A stretch of DNA of 64,000 bases from Candidatus Xenobia bacterium (GTDB lineage Bacteria; Vulcanimicrobiota; Xenobia; Xenobiales; QWHO01): the NCBI GenBank assembly GCA_045863235.1, contig BTUM01000008.1, forward strand, positions 64,001-128,000. The letters run 5' to 3'. The notes under the pieces are model-generated. The model saw nothing but the letters and a program-made list of their open reading frames with translations, was not told the origin of the DNA and did no database searches. The first letter of the stretch is position 1. The number at the start of each line of letters is the position of its first letter. The translations under genes were made by a program, and so were the position numbers. Below, piece after piece: positions 42,528 through 51,519 of the stretch.

Positions 42528-43591
42528 ACGGTCTCCTTTGCTCTTTTGCTCGGGACGGCTTCGTGGGCGAGGACGTCCAGAATTCGTTCGGCCGTGAGGC
42601 CGTCTCCATAAAGCTCGGGGTGGGCGGCCGGGGGACGGGTTGTTAGCCCCGCCAGGATGCGGGCCCGGTCGTGCCCCACCAGCGTGTTCCAGCCGGCGGC
42701 CACCGTCTCCACCCACTCGGTCTCTTCGCGCAAGGTCAGGCAGGGGGTCTTGAGCAGATAGGCTTCCTTCTGCAGCCCTCCCGAGTCGGTCAGCACCAGG
42801 CTGGCCCGCTCGAGCCAGGCCAGAATCTGGCGGTGGCCGGCAGGCGGCAACAGACGCACGGGCCCGTCCTCGAGCAGCCGGTCCAAGCCGGTCTGGCGCA
42901 GGATCTGCAGGGTGCGAGGGTGACAGGGGAAGAGCACCGGCTGGCCGTGCTCGCGCAACACCGTCAAAATGACTTCCAGGCCCTCAGGAGTCATCTCGGC
43001 CCGGTGCATGGTCAGCAGCAGGTAGGGGCCTTCGGGGGCCGGCTCGGCGGGCGGGCCGGCCAGAGTGCGGCGCAGGGAGTCCACCATGATGTCGCCCACC
43101 AGGTGCACGCCGCCGGTGATGTTCTCCCGGGCCAGGTTGTCCACCGCAGTCTGGCAGGAGGCGAAATTCCAGCGGGCCAGATGGTCGGTCAGCACCCGAT
43201 TCACCTCTTCCGGAACGCGCATGTCGAAGCAGCGCATCCCCGCCTCGACGTGGGCCACCGGTATGTGCAGCTTGGCGGCCGCGAGAGCCCCCGCCAGGGT
43301 GCTGTTGGTGTCGCCGAAAACCAGCAGCACGTCGGGCGACTCGGCGAGCAGGATCTCCTCCACGCGCTCCAACATGCGCCCGGTCTGGGCTCCGTGGGGA
43401 GCCGAGCCCACCCCCAGGTGGTGCTGAGGGCGAGGCAGCCGCAGCTCGTGGAAGAACTGGTCGGACATCCCCTCATCGTAGTGCTGGCCGGTATGCACCA
43501 GCACGCTTTCAAATCGGCCTGCCATGGGCTCGATCAGAGGGGCCAGCTTGATAAACTGGGGGCGGGCCCCCACCACGGTAACGATCTTCAC
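42524..43591 (-). CDS. wecB: UDP-N-acetylglucosamine 2-epimerase (non-hydrolysing)
   Basis: GARPQFIK, HTGQHYD, GDTNSTL, HVEAG, TDSGGLQKEA. Confidence 0.95.
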   Translation of the reverse strand: MKIVTVVGARPQFIKLAPLIEPMAGRFESVLVHTGQHYDEGMSDQFFHELRLPRPQHHLGVGSAPHGAQTGRMLERVEEILLAESPDVLLVFGDTNSTLAGALAAAKLHIPVAHVEAGMRCFDMRVPEEVNRVLTDHLARWNFASCQTAVDNLARENITGGVHLVGDIMVDSLRRTLAGPPAEPAPEGPYLLLTMHRAEMTPEGLEVILTVLREHGQPVLFPCHPRTLQILRQTGLDRLLEDGPVRLLPPAGHRQILAWLERASLVLTDSGGLQKEAYLLKTPCLTLREETEWVETVAAGWNTLVGHDRARILAGLTTRPPAAHPELYGDGLTAERILDVLAHEAVPSKRAKETV

Positions 43592-45354
43592 GCTCCCCGC
43601 CTTTCTGGCAACAGCACGGGCGGCCTCAATTGCGATTCGTAGATGCGCGAGTAGAAACCACCCCGCTCGAGCAGGGTGGCGTGCTCACCCTCTTCCACCA
43701 CCTGACCGCCCTCGAGCACCAGAATGCGGTGGGCATGGCGGATGGTGTTGAGACGATGGGCGATGACCAGGCAGGTGCGCCCGCGCATGGCGCGCTCGAT
43801 GGCCTCGGTGATCTGGGCCTCCGACTCGGAGTCGATGGAGGAGGTGAACTCGTCTAAAATAAGCACTTTCGGGTCGCGCAGCATGGCTCGGGCGATGGCG
43901 ATCCGCTGGCGCTGGCCGCCACTCAAGCGGGCGCCGCGCTCGCCCACCTGGGTGGCATAGCCGTCCGGCAAGCGGGTGATGAAATCGTGGGCGTTGGCCA
44001 GCCGCGCCGCTTGCTCGAGCTGCTCGGGGGTAGCCACGAACCCGCAGGCGATGTTCTCGGCGATGGTCCCGGTAAACAGGGAAGACTCCTGGATCACCAC
44101 CCCGACCTGCCGGCGGAGGCTGGAGGCCGTCACCTGGCGGATGTCGTGCCCGTCCACCCGCACCACTCCGGCGGTGGGGTCGTAGAAACGGGGGATCAAG
44201 TTGACCAGGCTGGTCTTGCCCGCCCCGTTCGGGCCCACGATGGCCACCACTTCACCGGGCGCGATGGTGAGCGTCAGATCGCTCAAGATCGGCTTACCCG
44301 GCTGGTACTCGAAGCCCACGCCCTCCAGGCGAATCTCGCCCCGGATCGGAGGCAGCTCGCGGGCGTCGGGCGCGTCGGCGATATCAGGTGCCTCGTCGAG
44401 CACCTCGAAGAGCCGCTTACCGGCAGCGGTGGCGACCTGGAACCGGGCATAGCTGTCGGCCAGCTTGTTGATGGGATTGGAGGTCATGATCATCAGCATC
44501 CAGTACTGGATAACGGCCGTGAACGTGACCGTGCCCTGCAGAATGCGCAGAGCGCCGAACCAGATGATGGCCACGATGGCCAGTGCGCACAGGATGTCGG
44601 TGAGGGGCAACTGGAACGAGGAGATCTGGATCAACTTGAGCTGAGCTGCGAAGTTCTCTTCGTTCTTGCGCTCGAAACGCTCAATCTCAAGATTCTCCCG
44701 GGTGTAAGCCTTGACGACCTTGATGTTGCCCAGGCTTTCGTGCAGGATGGCGATGAGGTCGGCCAGCCTGACCTGGATGCGTTCGGTCACAGTGTTGATT
44801 CTCTGCCCGATACGCGAGATGGTGATCCCCAGCAGAGGGCTCAGAGTCAAAACCATCAGCGTCATCTGCCAGTCGAAGTAAACCATCAGGCTGAATGCCC
44901 CGGCCACCATCAACAGGTTCTTACCGAAGTCAGCCAGCAACGGATACACGCTGGTGCTGGTCTGAATGTCATTGGAGAGGCGGGAGATGAGGTCACCCTG
45001 GTTGTTGCGGTCGAAATAGGGGACGCTCATGCGCTGGAGATGGCGGAAAATCGCGTTGCGAAAGTCGCGCACGGCCAGTTGACCGGCCATGTCCACCAGG
45101 TAGCGCATCAAGTAGCCCACCACGCCGCCAGCCAGCATCACAAGCATGAATCCGCCGCAAATGAGGTTCAGCTCGATCAGCGGGTCGCGGCCCTGGTAAT
45201 TGAAGTTCTCCTCGGTCATCAGCCCGAACAACCTTCCGACGAAAAGGGGCTGGACCAGTTGCGTGACAGTACCCAGGCAGGTCATGATCAAACCGCCCAG
45301 GACATACTTCCAGTAGGGTCGCAGATAGCCCAGAATGCGGCCTAGAATCCGCAT
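43588..45354 (-). CDS. MsbA-like ABC transporter (fused TMD-NBD)
   Basis: Six-TM domain, GPNGAGKT, LSGGQRQRIAIAR, ILDE, AHRL. Confidence 0.92.
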   Translation of the reverse strand: MRILGRILGYLRPYWKYVLGGLIMTCLGTVTQLVQPLFVGRLFGLMTEENFNYQGRDPLIELNLICGGFMLVMLAGGVVGYLMRYLVDMAGQLAVRDFRNAIFRHLQRMSVPYFDRNNQGDLISRLSNDIQTSTSVYPLLADFGKNLLMVAGAFSLMVYFDWQMTLMVLTLSPLLGITISRIGQRINTVTERIQVRLADLIAILHESLGNIKVVKAYTRENLEIERFERKNEENFAAQLKLIQISSFQLPLTDILCALAIVAIIWFGALRILQGTVTFTAVIQYWMLMIMTSNPINKLADSYARFQVATAAGKRLFEVLDEAPDIADAPDARELPPIRGEIRLEGVGFEYQPGKPILSDLTLTIAPGEVVAIVGPNGAGKTSLVNLIPRFYDPTAGVVRVDGHDIRQVTASSLRRQVGVVIQESSLFTGTIAENIACGFVATPEQLEQAARLANAHDFITRLPDGYATQVGERGARLSGGQRQRIAIARAMLRDPKVLILDEFTSSIDSESEAQITEAIERAMRGRTCLVIAHRLNTIRHAHRILVLEGGQVVEEGEHATLLERGGFYSRIYESQLRPPVLLPERRGA

Positions 45355-45376
45355 GGATTGAACCGCGCCCACCTGC

Positions 45377-45850
45377 TTACCCCAGCGGCTCGAGCAAGAA
45401 GATCTTTTGCCCGGACTCGACCACGGCGGCGTTCTCGACGAGGATGCCGGCAACGCGACCGGGCATCTCAGCGGTGATCTCGTTCATCAGCTTCATGGCT
45501 TCAATGATGCAGAGAGTCTGGCCCACGCTCACATGGTCGCCCACCTGCACGAAGGGCGGAGCCCCCGGGTTGGGGGAGCGATAGAAAACACCCGCCAGAG
45601 GCGAGACCACTGGTCTCAAGTTCTCGTTGGCAGGCTCGGGAGCGGCCGTAGCAGGCCGGACCGGAGAGCGTCTGGCCGCCACCGCCAGCGGCGTCTGGAC
45701 GGGGACCGCTACCGGTTGAGCCTCCCCCGTATCCACGATCAGGTGGATACGCGCGTTCTCGTTGCGATAATCGATCTCGGCCAGACCTTCTTCCCGGGCC
45801 ACCCGAGCCAGAGCCCGGGCTAATTCGAGATGTTCCTTCAATCCGCTCAC
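45377..45850 (-). CDS. accB: Acetyl-CoA carboxylase biotin carboxyl carrier protein
   Basis: SPLAGVFYRSP, IEAMKLMNEI biotinylation motif. Confidence 0.95.
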   Translation of the reverse strand: MSGLKEHLELARALARVAREEGLAEIDYRNENARIHLIVDTGEAQPVAVPVQTPLAVAARRSPVRPATAAPEPANENLRPVVSPLAGVFYRSPNPGAPPFVQVGDHVSVGQTLCIIEAMKLMNEITAEMPGRVAGILVENAAVVESGQKIFLLEPLG

Positions 45851-45924
45851 CTCTCGCTGAGGAGCGAGTATCCCACCTGCTCCCAGGCATGACGATCTGC
45901 GACCCCCGCCACAACAGTCGCCTC

Positions 45925-45953
45925 AACATGCCAAAATCCAGCGAGAATGTCAA
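45925..45953 (-). promoter_or_regulatory. Sigma70-type promoter for accB operon
   Basis: Minus strand TTGACA-17 nt-CATGTT with extended TG. Confidence 0.5.
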
Positions 45954-46043
45954 GAAAATCCGGGGTCCGCGGAGGAGCCCTACGCCCCGCCAGGGACCGC
46001 CCGCCTGCACCTGTCTGGAGTAGAGGGCCTCTCGAAGACGCTG

Positions 46044-48269
46044 TTACGAACGTCGGGAAGACGAGGAAGAGCGCCGGCGACGTCCTCCTCCGCTGCTCGA
46101 GGAGGCGGAACGTTGCCCGCCGCCACCCGAGCCACCCGAGCCACCTGAGCCGCTCGAGCGGCGGCGCCGACGAGAGCTGTCCGAATCGCCATCCGAAGCC
46201 CGGTAGCGCGAAGCAGCGGCCCGACTCGACTCGAGCAAAGCCAGCTTGGAATCGACCGGGGCTGGCTCATCGTCGTCGTCTCGAGTCCGACGGCCACGCG
46301 GCTCGTCATAGTAGTCCTCGTCGTGATAACGAGGGGCTGGCTCGCTGCGGCGGTAATCGTCCTCGTAAGAGGGTGGCGCGCTCCTGCTACCGCTCCGGCT
46401 CCCGCTCCCACCCCCGCTTGTGCTGGCGCTACTGCGACCGCGCCGCCCGCGGCCCGAGCTTTCGTAGGCTCCGGTTTCCACGCTCGATTCGCGCGCAGAG
46501 CGGTACCGGTCGTCGCGTCCTCGACCCGAGCGAGGGGCCTCCTCGCGACTGTACTCCTCCCGCTCGCGATAAGCGGGCGGCTCGTCACGATAATCCTCTC
46601 GCTCATAGCGGGGCGAATAGTCTTCTCGCTCGTAGTCGTCATAGTAGCGGCGAGTCGAGCTCTCCTCGTATCGATCGTCGGGCGGGTAAGCAGCCGCTCG
46701 CTCGGAAGTCGAGGTGCGGCTCTCTGCTTCGGAATCACGCCGACTGCGACGGCGCCGACGCGAGCGACTGGAAGTGCGCTCCTCTTCGGGCTCGTGAGTC
46801 GAGACGTGGCGGGTCTCGACCGGAGGAGCATCGTCCTCCTGACCTCGCCGACGGCGACGGCGGCGCTTGGAGCGCCCGTCCCCCCGCTCGGAAGCGGTCG
46901 CAGGCTCTTGCTGCTGGTCGTAGTGCACCTCGAGGTCTGACTCCACGTTGAAGTGGCGCCCGCGCAGAGCTCCGTTTCGCCGGGTGCCGCCACGCCCAGA
47001 GCGGCTCTCCTTCTCTCGTGGAGCGCGCTCGGCCGGAGCCACCGCGCCTCCCATGCCGAGTCGACTGGCCAGCCGGTGGGCCAGTTCGCTCAGGTTGTAG
47101 CGATCCTTGTGGTCGCTGTGACGGTCGTGAACCTGGGCCACGCCCCGGATAGCGTCCTTCTCGCTCAACAGAACGAGGAAACGAGGAGCCTCGGGAGCTT
47201 CCTCTCCGCCCAGCGCCATTTCAGCGTAAATCCCAGCCTCGCGCAGCACATTCAGAACCGGCATCAGAAGACGGGTGGCTTCCTCGCCTTCCGGCTGCAG
47301 GTAAACCGATGGAGAGGGCCGCGTGAACTCGCCGGGCACAGCTTCCAGAATCGCTTCCAGTTGGAGGGCAAAGCCGACGGCCGGGGTATCCGGTCCACCC
47401 AGGGTCTCCACCAGGCCATCATAACGACCACCGGTGCCCAGCACCGATTCGCCGTGTCGAACCTGGAAGATTGTGCGGTTGTAATACTCCAGGTCGCGCA
47501 CCACGCGCGGATTCAGGTCGTGAGGAATCTTCATCTCGGCCAGATAGGCCTTGAGCTGACTGAAATGCTGCTTACAGGCCGGGCAGAGCAGGCCGAACAT
47601 GGTGGGGGCCACCTGCCCGAGCTCAGCGCAACTCTTCTCGTTGCAACCCAGCGTCCAGAGCGGATGAGTCTTGTGCTTGCGCTTGCAAGTTCCACAAAGC
47701 TCGTTGGAATGGGACGAGAAGTACTCCTTGAGAACCTCATGGTAAGCCGGGCGACACTTGTCGCATCCCAACGAGTTGAGCTCGAAGACCACGTCGCTCA
47801 AGCCGATGCGCTTGAGGAACGCCCAGGCCAGGGCGATCACCTCGGCATCCTGGGCCGGGTGGGGCGAACCCAGAGCTTCGACCCCGAACTGGTGGCTCTG
47901 TCGGCTGCCTTCCTCGGTCTCCCGGCCGATCAGGAAGACGGGGGCCAGGTAGTAGAACTTGCTGACGCCCTGGTTCTTCTCGTTGAGGTTGTTCTCATAG
48001 TAAGCGCGTACCACCGAAGCGGTGACATCGGCTCGCAAGGCCAGCTTCTGGCCAAACTTGTCGTGGAAGGTCCAGAGCTCGCGCTCGACGAGCCCGGCCA
48101 GGACTCCCATCCCCCTCACGAAAAGCTCCGCCTTTTCGAACAGAGGGGTTCGAATCTCGAGATAACCGTATTGCTGACTGAGTAACCGGGCCTGACTCTC
48201 GATCAGTTGCCAGCGGGATGTCTCTTCCGGTAGTAGATCACGGGTGCCACGCACCGCTCGGACAGACAT
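46044..48269 (-). CDS. Histidyl-tRNA synthetase paralog, probably inactive, with long Arg/Ser/acidic disordered tail
   Basis: RGTRDLLP, EIRTPLFE, Cys-rich insertion, VRDLEYY, GGRYDGL, PAVGFA; motif 2/3 Args missing. Confidence 0.9.
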   Translation of the reverse strand: MSVRAVRGTRDLLPEETSRWQLIESQARLLSQQYGYLEIRTPLFEKAELFVRGMGVLAGLVERELWTFHDKFGQKLALRADVTASVVRAYYENNLNEKNQGVSKFYYLAPVFLIGRETEEGSRQSHQFGVEALGSPHPAQDAEVIALAWAFLKRIGLSDVVFELNSLGCDKCRPAYHEVLKEYFSSHSNELCGTCKRKHKTHPLWTLGCNEKSCAELGQVAPTMFGLLCPACKQHFSQLKAYLAEMKIPHDLNPRVVRDLEYYNRTIFQVRHGESVLGTGGRYDGLVETLGGPDTPAVGFALQLEAILEAVPGEFTRPSPSVYLQPEGEEATRLLMPVLNVLREAGIYAEMALGGEEAPEAPRFLVLLSEKDAIRGVAQVHDRHSDHKDRYNLSELAHRLASRLGMGGAVAPAERAPREKESRSGRGGTRRNGALRGRHFNVESDLEVHYDQQQEPATASERGDGRSKRRRRRRRGQEDDAPPVETRHVSTHEPEEERTSSRSRRRRRSRRDSEAESRTSTSERAAAYPPDDRYEESSTRRYYDDYEREDYSPRYEREDYRDEPPAYREREEYSREEAPRSGRGRDDRYRSARESSVETGAYESSGRGRRGRSSASTSGGGSGSRSGSRSAPPSYEDDYRRSEPAPRYHDEDYYDEPRGRRTRDDDDEPAPVDSKLALLESSRAAASRYRASDGDSDSSRRRRRSSGSGGSGGSGGGGQRSASSSSGGGRRRRSSSSSRRS

Positions 48270-48309
48270 GATTCACAAACCTCCGCGGATGAGGGACCGG
48301 GCGCATGGC

Positions 48310-48338
48310 TTGCGCGCCGACGAAGTCCCTTCGATAAT
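48310..48338 (+). promoter_or_regulatory. Sigma70-type promoter pointing into ORF-free structured region
   Basis: TTGCGC-17 nt-GATAAT. Confidence 0.45.
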
Positions 48339-48344
48339 GGTGGG

Positions 48345-48643
48345 CGCCGGCCGTGCCACTCGGGGAGGATGCTCGCGATCGTCTCAGTGTCTGCGACCTT
48401 TCGTCTCGCAGAAAGGATGGCGCGACAAAGGCCGGTGAACGTGGTTCCACGATACCTGACGTTTCACTATTCAGTTTGCGCCGAATCGGCTCTCTCTTTG
48501 TCGCCATCGGTTGCTCGCGTCGGAGCATTCCCCTTCGGTATCAGGGCATCGGACCCTGGGGATGTCGGGGTAGGTTAACCCGGCGGCCTGGAGGGGAAAG
48601 TGGCCTGCTTTCCACGCTGTCATCGCAACGGCTACCCGACATT
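48345..48643 (+). ncRNA. Candidate structured ncRNA (6S-like rod ~48353-48541 plus a second domain 48561-48643)
   Basis: Nested complementarity GGATGCTC/GAGCATTC, GATGGCG..ACAAAG/CTTTGTCGCCATC, TCTGCGA/TCGCAGA; G-U pairs favour + strand; upstream promoter. Confidence 0.45.
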
Positions 48644-48692
48644 GAGTTGTTTCGGGGAAGAAGCCAAGTTTCCTCTCCGGCCAGGAATGGCC

Positions 48693-50000
48693 TCAGGAAA
48701 CGACCTCTTCGATCAATGGCCGCGGGCTGGTTGGGGTGGCTGCAATCGAGATAGCTTCGCCGATCAGAGCCCGAGAGGTCTGGAGTTGGGAACGGTCGTT
48801 GACGTGGAACGTCAGCAAAGGCTCTCCGGCTTCGACCCGATCGCCCAGGCGTTTGTGGAGGACAAGTCCGACGGCGTGATCGATGGGGTCGTCCTTGCGC
48901 AGTCGACCTGCCCCCAGCACCATCGCCGCGCGGCCCAGGGTCTCTGCCTGCAGACTTGCCACAAAGCCCGACTCAGGGGCCGGATAGTCCTCCAGGTGAG
49001 ACGCGGTGGGCAAGAGTCCCGGGTCGTCCACCACCCGAGCGTCCCCTCCCTGGGCACTGATGAGTTCACGCAACTTCTCGGCGGCCGCGCCGGACTGTAT
49101 CAATCGGCCAGCCTCGGCGCGCGCAGCCGAAAGGTCCGACTGCAAACCGGCCATTTCCAGCAGATGAGCGGCCAACTCGCGGGCCACCTGAGCCAGCGCC
49201 GAATCTGCCCGCTGACCCTGGAGAATCTCAATGGCCTCACGAAACTCGAGCGCGTTGCCGATGTGCGTTCCCAAGGGTTGCTCCATATCCGACAGGGCGG
49301 CGCGAACCTTGCGACCCAGGCGCTTGCCAATGGCCACCATCGAGCGAGCCAGGCGACGGGCGTCTTCCAGATTCTTCATGAACGCCCCGTGACCAAACTT
49401 GACGTCCAGCAGGATCGCATCGGCGCCACAGGCGAGCTTCTTGCTCATGATCGAGCTGGCGATCAGGGGGATGGAATCCACCGTGGCGGTCACATCGCGC
49501 AGGGCGTACATCTTGCCATCGGCCGGCACCAGGCTCCCGGTCTGGCTGATGACGGCCACACCGATGCGGCGCACCTGCTCGAGAAACTCCTCGGCTGACA
49601 GGTTGACGCGCAGCCCGGGCACAGACTCCATTTTGTCCAGCGTGCCTCCGGTGTGGCCCAGACCCCGCCCCGACATCTTGGCCACCCGGGCCCCTGCGGC
49701 GGCAGCCAGTGGTGCTAGAACCAGCGTGGTCGTATCCCCCACCCCTCCGGTGGAGTGCTTGTCGACCTTGACGCCGGGGATACTGGAAAGGTCGACCGTG
49801 TCCCCCGATGCCACCATCGCCTCGGTGAGCCAGCCAGTCTCCTCGTCGGTCATGCCCCGAAGAAAGACTGCCATCATCCAGGCCGACATCTGGTAGCTCT
49901 CCATGCGGCCAGCCACGAACTCGCTGATCAAGAAGCGGATTTCCTCGGCGCTGTGGGCCTCTCCGTCGCGCTTGCGTCGGATCAGGTCGTAGACCCTCAT
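48693..50000 (-). CDS. pdp: Pyrimidine-nucleoside phosphorylase
   Basis: DKHSTGGVGD, KMSGRGLGHTGGTLDK, SSIMSKK. Confidence 0.96.
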   Translation of the reverse strand: MRVYDLIRRKRDGEAHSAEEIRFLISEFVAGRMESYQMSAWMMAVFLRGMTDEETGWLTEAMVASGDTVDLSSIPGVKVDKHSTGGVGDTTTLVLAPLAAAAGARVAKMSGRGLGHTGGTLDKMESVPGLRVNLSAEEFLEQVRRIGVAVISQTGSLVPADGKMYALRDVTATVDSIPLIASSIMSKKLACGADAILLDVKFGHGAFMKNLEDARRLARSMVAIGKRLGRKVRAALSDMEQPLGTHIGNALEFREAIEILQGQRADSALAQVARELAAHLLEMAGLQSDLSAARAEAGRLIQSGAAAEKLRELISAQGGDARVVDDPGLLPTASHLEDYPAPESGFVASLQAETLGRAAMVLGAGRLRKDDPIDHAVGLVLHKRLGDRVEAGEPLLTFHVNDRSQLQTSRALIGEAISIAATPTSPRPLIEEVVS

Positions 50001-50836
50001 CGGGCCGGCACGCCCGGCATGGCCTTGACGACTCCCCGAACCAGGTTGATGAACCGGGGCCCGGCCTCGGCAGCGGTAGCCAGCACGTCCTCATGAGTAT
50101 CTTCCGAGGGACCTCGATGCAAAACATTGGTCACACAGGAGATTCCCAGGACCCGCATCCCCTGGTGCCGTGCCACGATCACCTCGGGCACGGTAGACAT
50201 TCCGATGGTGTCGGCTCCGATCATCCCAAAAAAGTGAATTTCGGCCGGGGTCTCGAAACTCGGGCCGGCCAATCCCAGATACACTCCGTCTTTGATGCGG
50301 AACCCCTGACTGGAAGCCACCTTGTGAGCCAACTCTCGCAACTCCAGATCGTAAGCGCGCGACATGGGAGGAAAGCGCGGTCCCAGCCGCTCGTCATTCG
50401 GCCCTCGCAAAGGGTTGGCCCCCATCAAGTTGATGTGATCGGTGAGCAGCATCAGGTCACCGGGCACCAGATCGGAACGCACGCCCCCGCTGGCATTGGT
50501 GACGATCAACGTATGGGCGCCCAGCGCGCCCAGCAAGCGCACCCCAAAGGTGACCTCCTGCAGGCCATAGCCTTCGTAATAGTGCACCCGCCCCCGCATG
50601 ACGGCCACTGGAGTGTCTTCCAACTGGCCCAACACCAGTTCACCCTGATGCCCGACCACGGTGGAACGGGGCAGACAAGGAATCTCTTCGTAGGGGATCC
50701 GCTGCGCGCTGGCCACGTCATCAGCCAGCTTCCCCAGGCCAGAGCCAAGAATCAGGGCGACTTCGGGCTTGAAGTCCCCCACGCGTTTGCGAACCTGCTC
50801 CACAGCTGCCTGAATCTTATCGTAGTCGTCGACCAA
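49997..50836 (-). CDS. punA: Purine-nucleoside phosphorylase (trimeric type)
   Basis: ILGSGLG, GRVHYYEG, GPSFETPAE, GMSTVPE; TTG start after AAAGGA. Confidence 0.93.
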   Translation of the reverse strand: MVDDYDKIQAAVEQVRKRVGDFKPEVALILGSGLGKLADDVASAQRIPYEEIPCLPRSTVVGHQGELVLGQLEDTPVAVMRGRVHYYEGYGLQEVTFGVRLLGALGAHTLIVTNASGGVRSDLVPGDLMLLTDHINLMGANPLRGPNDERLGPRFPPMSRAYDLELRELAHKVASSQGFRIKDGVYLGLAGPSFETPAEIHFFGMIGADTIGMSTVPEVIVARHQGMRVLGISCVTNVLHRGPSEDTHEDVLATAAEAGPRFINLVRGVVKAMPGVPAR

Positions 50837-51041
50837 GAAATCGTGTCGTCCTTTCCATTCTCGTTCCCAGGCTCTGCGCTGCCAACCGTGCAAAGGCCGG
50901 CGCCTGATGAGCCCCGTTTTCCGCCTCGGCCCTCTTTACCTGTTGGAGCAAATCGTCTATCATGATCTTGCTCACGGCGGGGGACGTGTTTCCAACACTC
51001 CTAGAGGTTTTTCCCTTCTTCCCCGCCGCGGGCGCTTTTCT

Positions 51042-51518
51042 TTACTCGGCCTGCTCGAGGGTAGGGCGGAATTTTTCGAGCACCTTGAGCTCTTCCGCGA
51101 AGCGACTGACATCCTTGAATTCCTTGTAAACCGAAGCGAAGCGCACATAGGCAACCTCATCCAGGTCGCGCAGGGTGTTCATGACCATCTCCCCGATCTC
51201 CTGACCCGAGATCTCGGATTCACCCCGATAACGCAGGGTCTGCTCGATCTGATTGACGGCCTGCTCCATCTGCTCGAAGCTGACGGGGCGCTTTTGACAG
51301 GCTCGCAGGACTCCGTTCAAAACCTTGCTGCGGTCGAACTTCTCCCGGCGGCGATCCTTCTTGACCACCATCAGCAGAGTTTCCTCGAAGCGCTCGTAAG
51401 TCGTAAATCGCCGCCCGCAAGCCTCGCACTCGCGACGGCGACGAATGGACTGATCGTCCTCGGTCACCCGCGAATCGACAACTTTGGTTTGCAGGTGCTC
51501 ACAATACGGACAACGCAG
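51042..51518 (-). CDS. nrdR: Transcriptional repressor NrdR (apparent CTG start)
   Basis: xRCPYC..VVDSR, IRRRRECEAC, ATP cone, VAYVRFASVY. Confidence 0.95.
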   Translation of the reverse strand: MRCPYCEHLQTKVVDSRVTEDDQSIRRRRECEACGRRFTTYERFEETLLMVVKKDRRREKFDRSKVLNGVLRACQKRPVSFEQMEQAVNQIEQTLRYRGESEISGQEIGEMVMNTLRDLDEVAYVRFASVYKEFKDVSRFAEELKVLEKFRPTLEQAE

Positions 51519-51519
51519 G

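Noticed and set aside
45947..46993. All three minus-strand frames open for ~1 kb (overlapping genes?)
   Set aside because: Explained by low-complexity, stop-poor sequence of the Arg/Ser tail; the alternative frames give no recognisable protein
46044..48269. Annotating as functional hisS or as hisZ
   Set aside because: Motif 2/3 arginines are absent, arguing against hisS; the HisRS-type insertion and C-terminal domain are retained and no his genes are nearby, arguing against hisZ
48430..48500. T-box riboswitch for the hisS-like gene (minus strand GTGGAACCACG, AGAGAG)
   Set aside because: Antiterminator helix A1, terminator and His specifier loop could not be built; G-U pairing favours a + strand RNA
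48350..48632. Large (Bacillus-type) SRP RNA, suggested by 5' GCCGTGC..GGGGAGG and length
   Set aside because: No helix-8 CAGG-GNRA-AGCAG motif found
48561..48643. tRNA gene
   Set aside because: No TTC-containing T-loop or canonical D-arm on either strand
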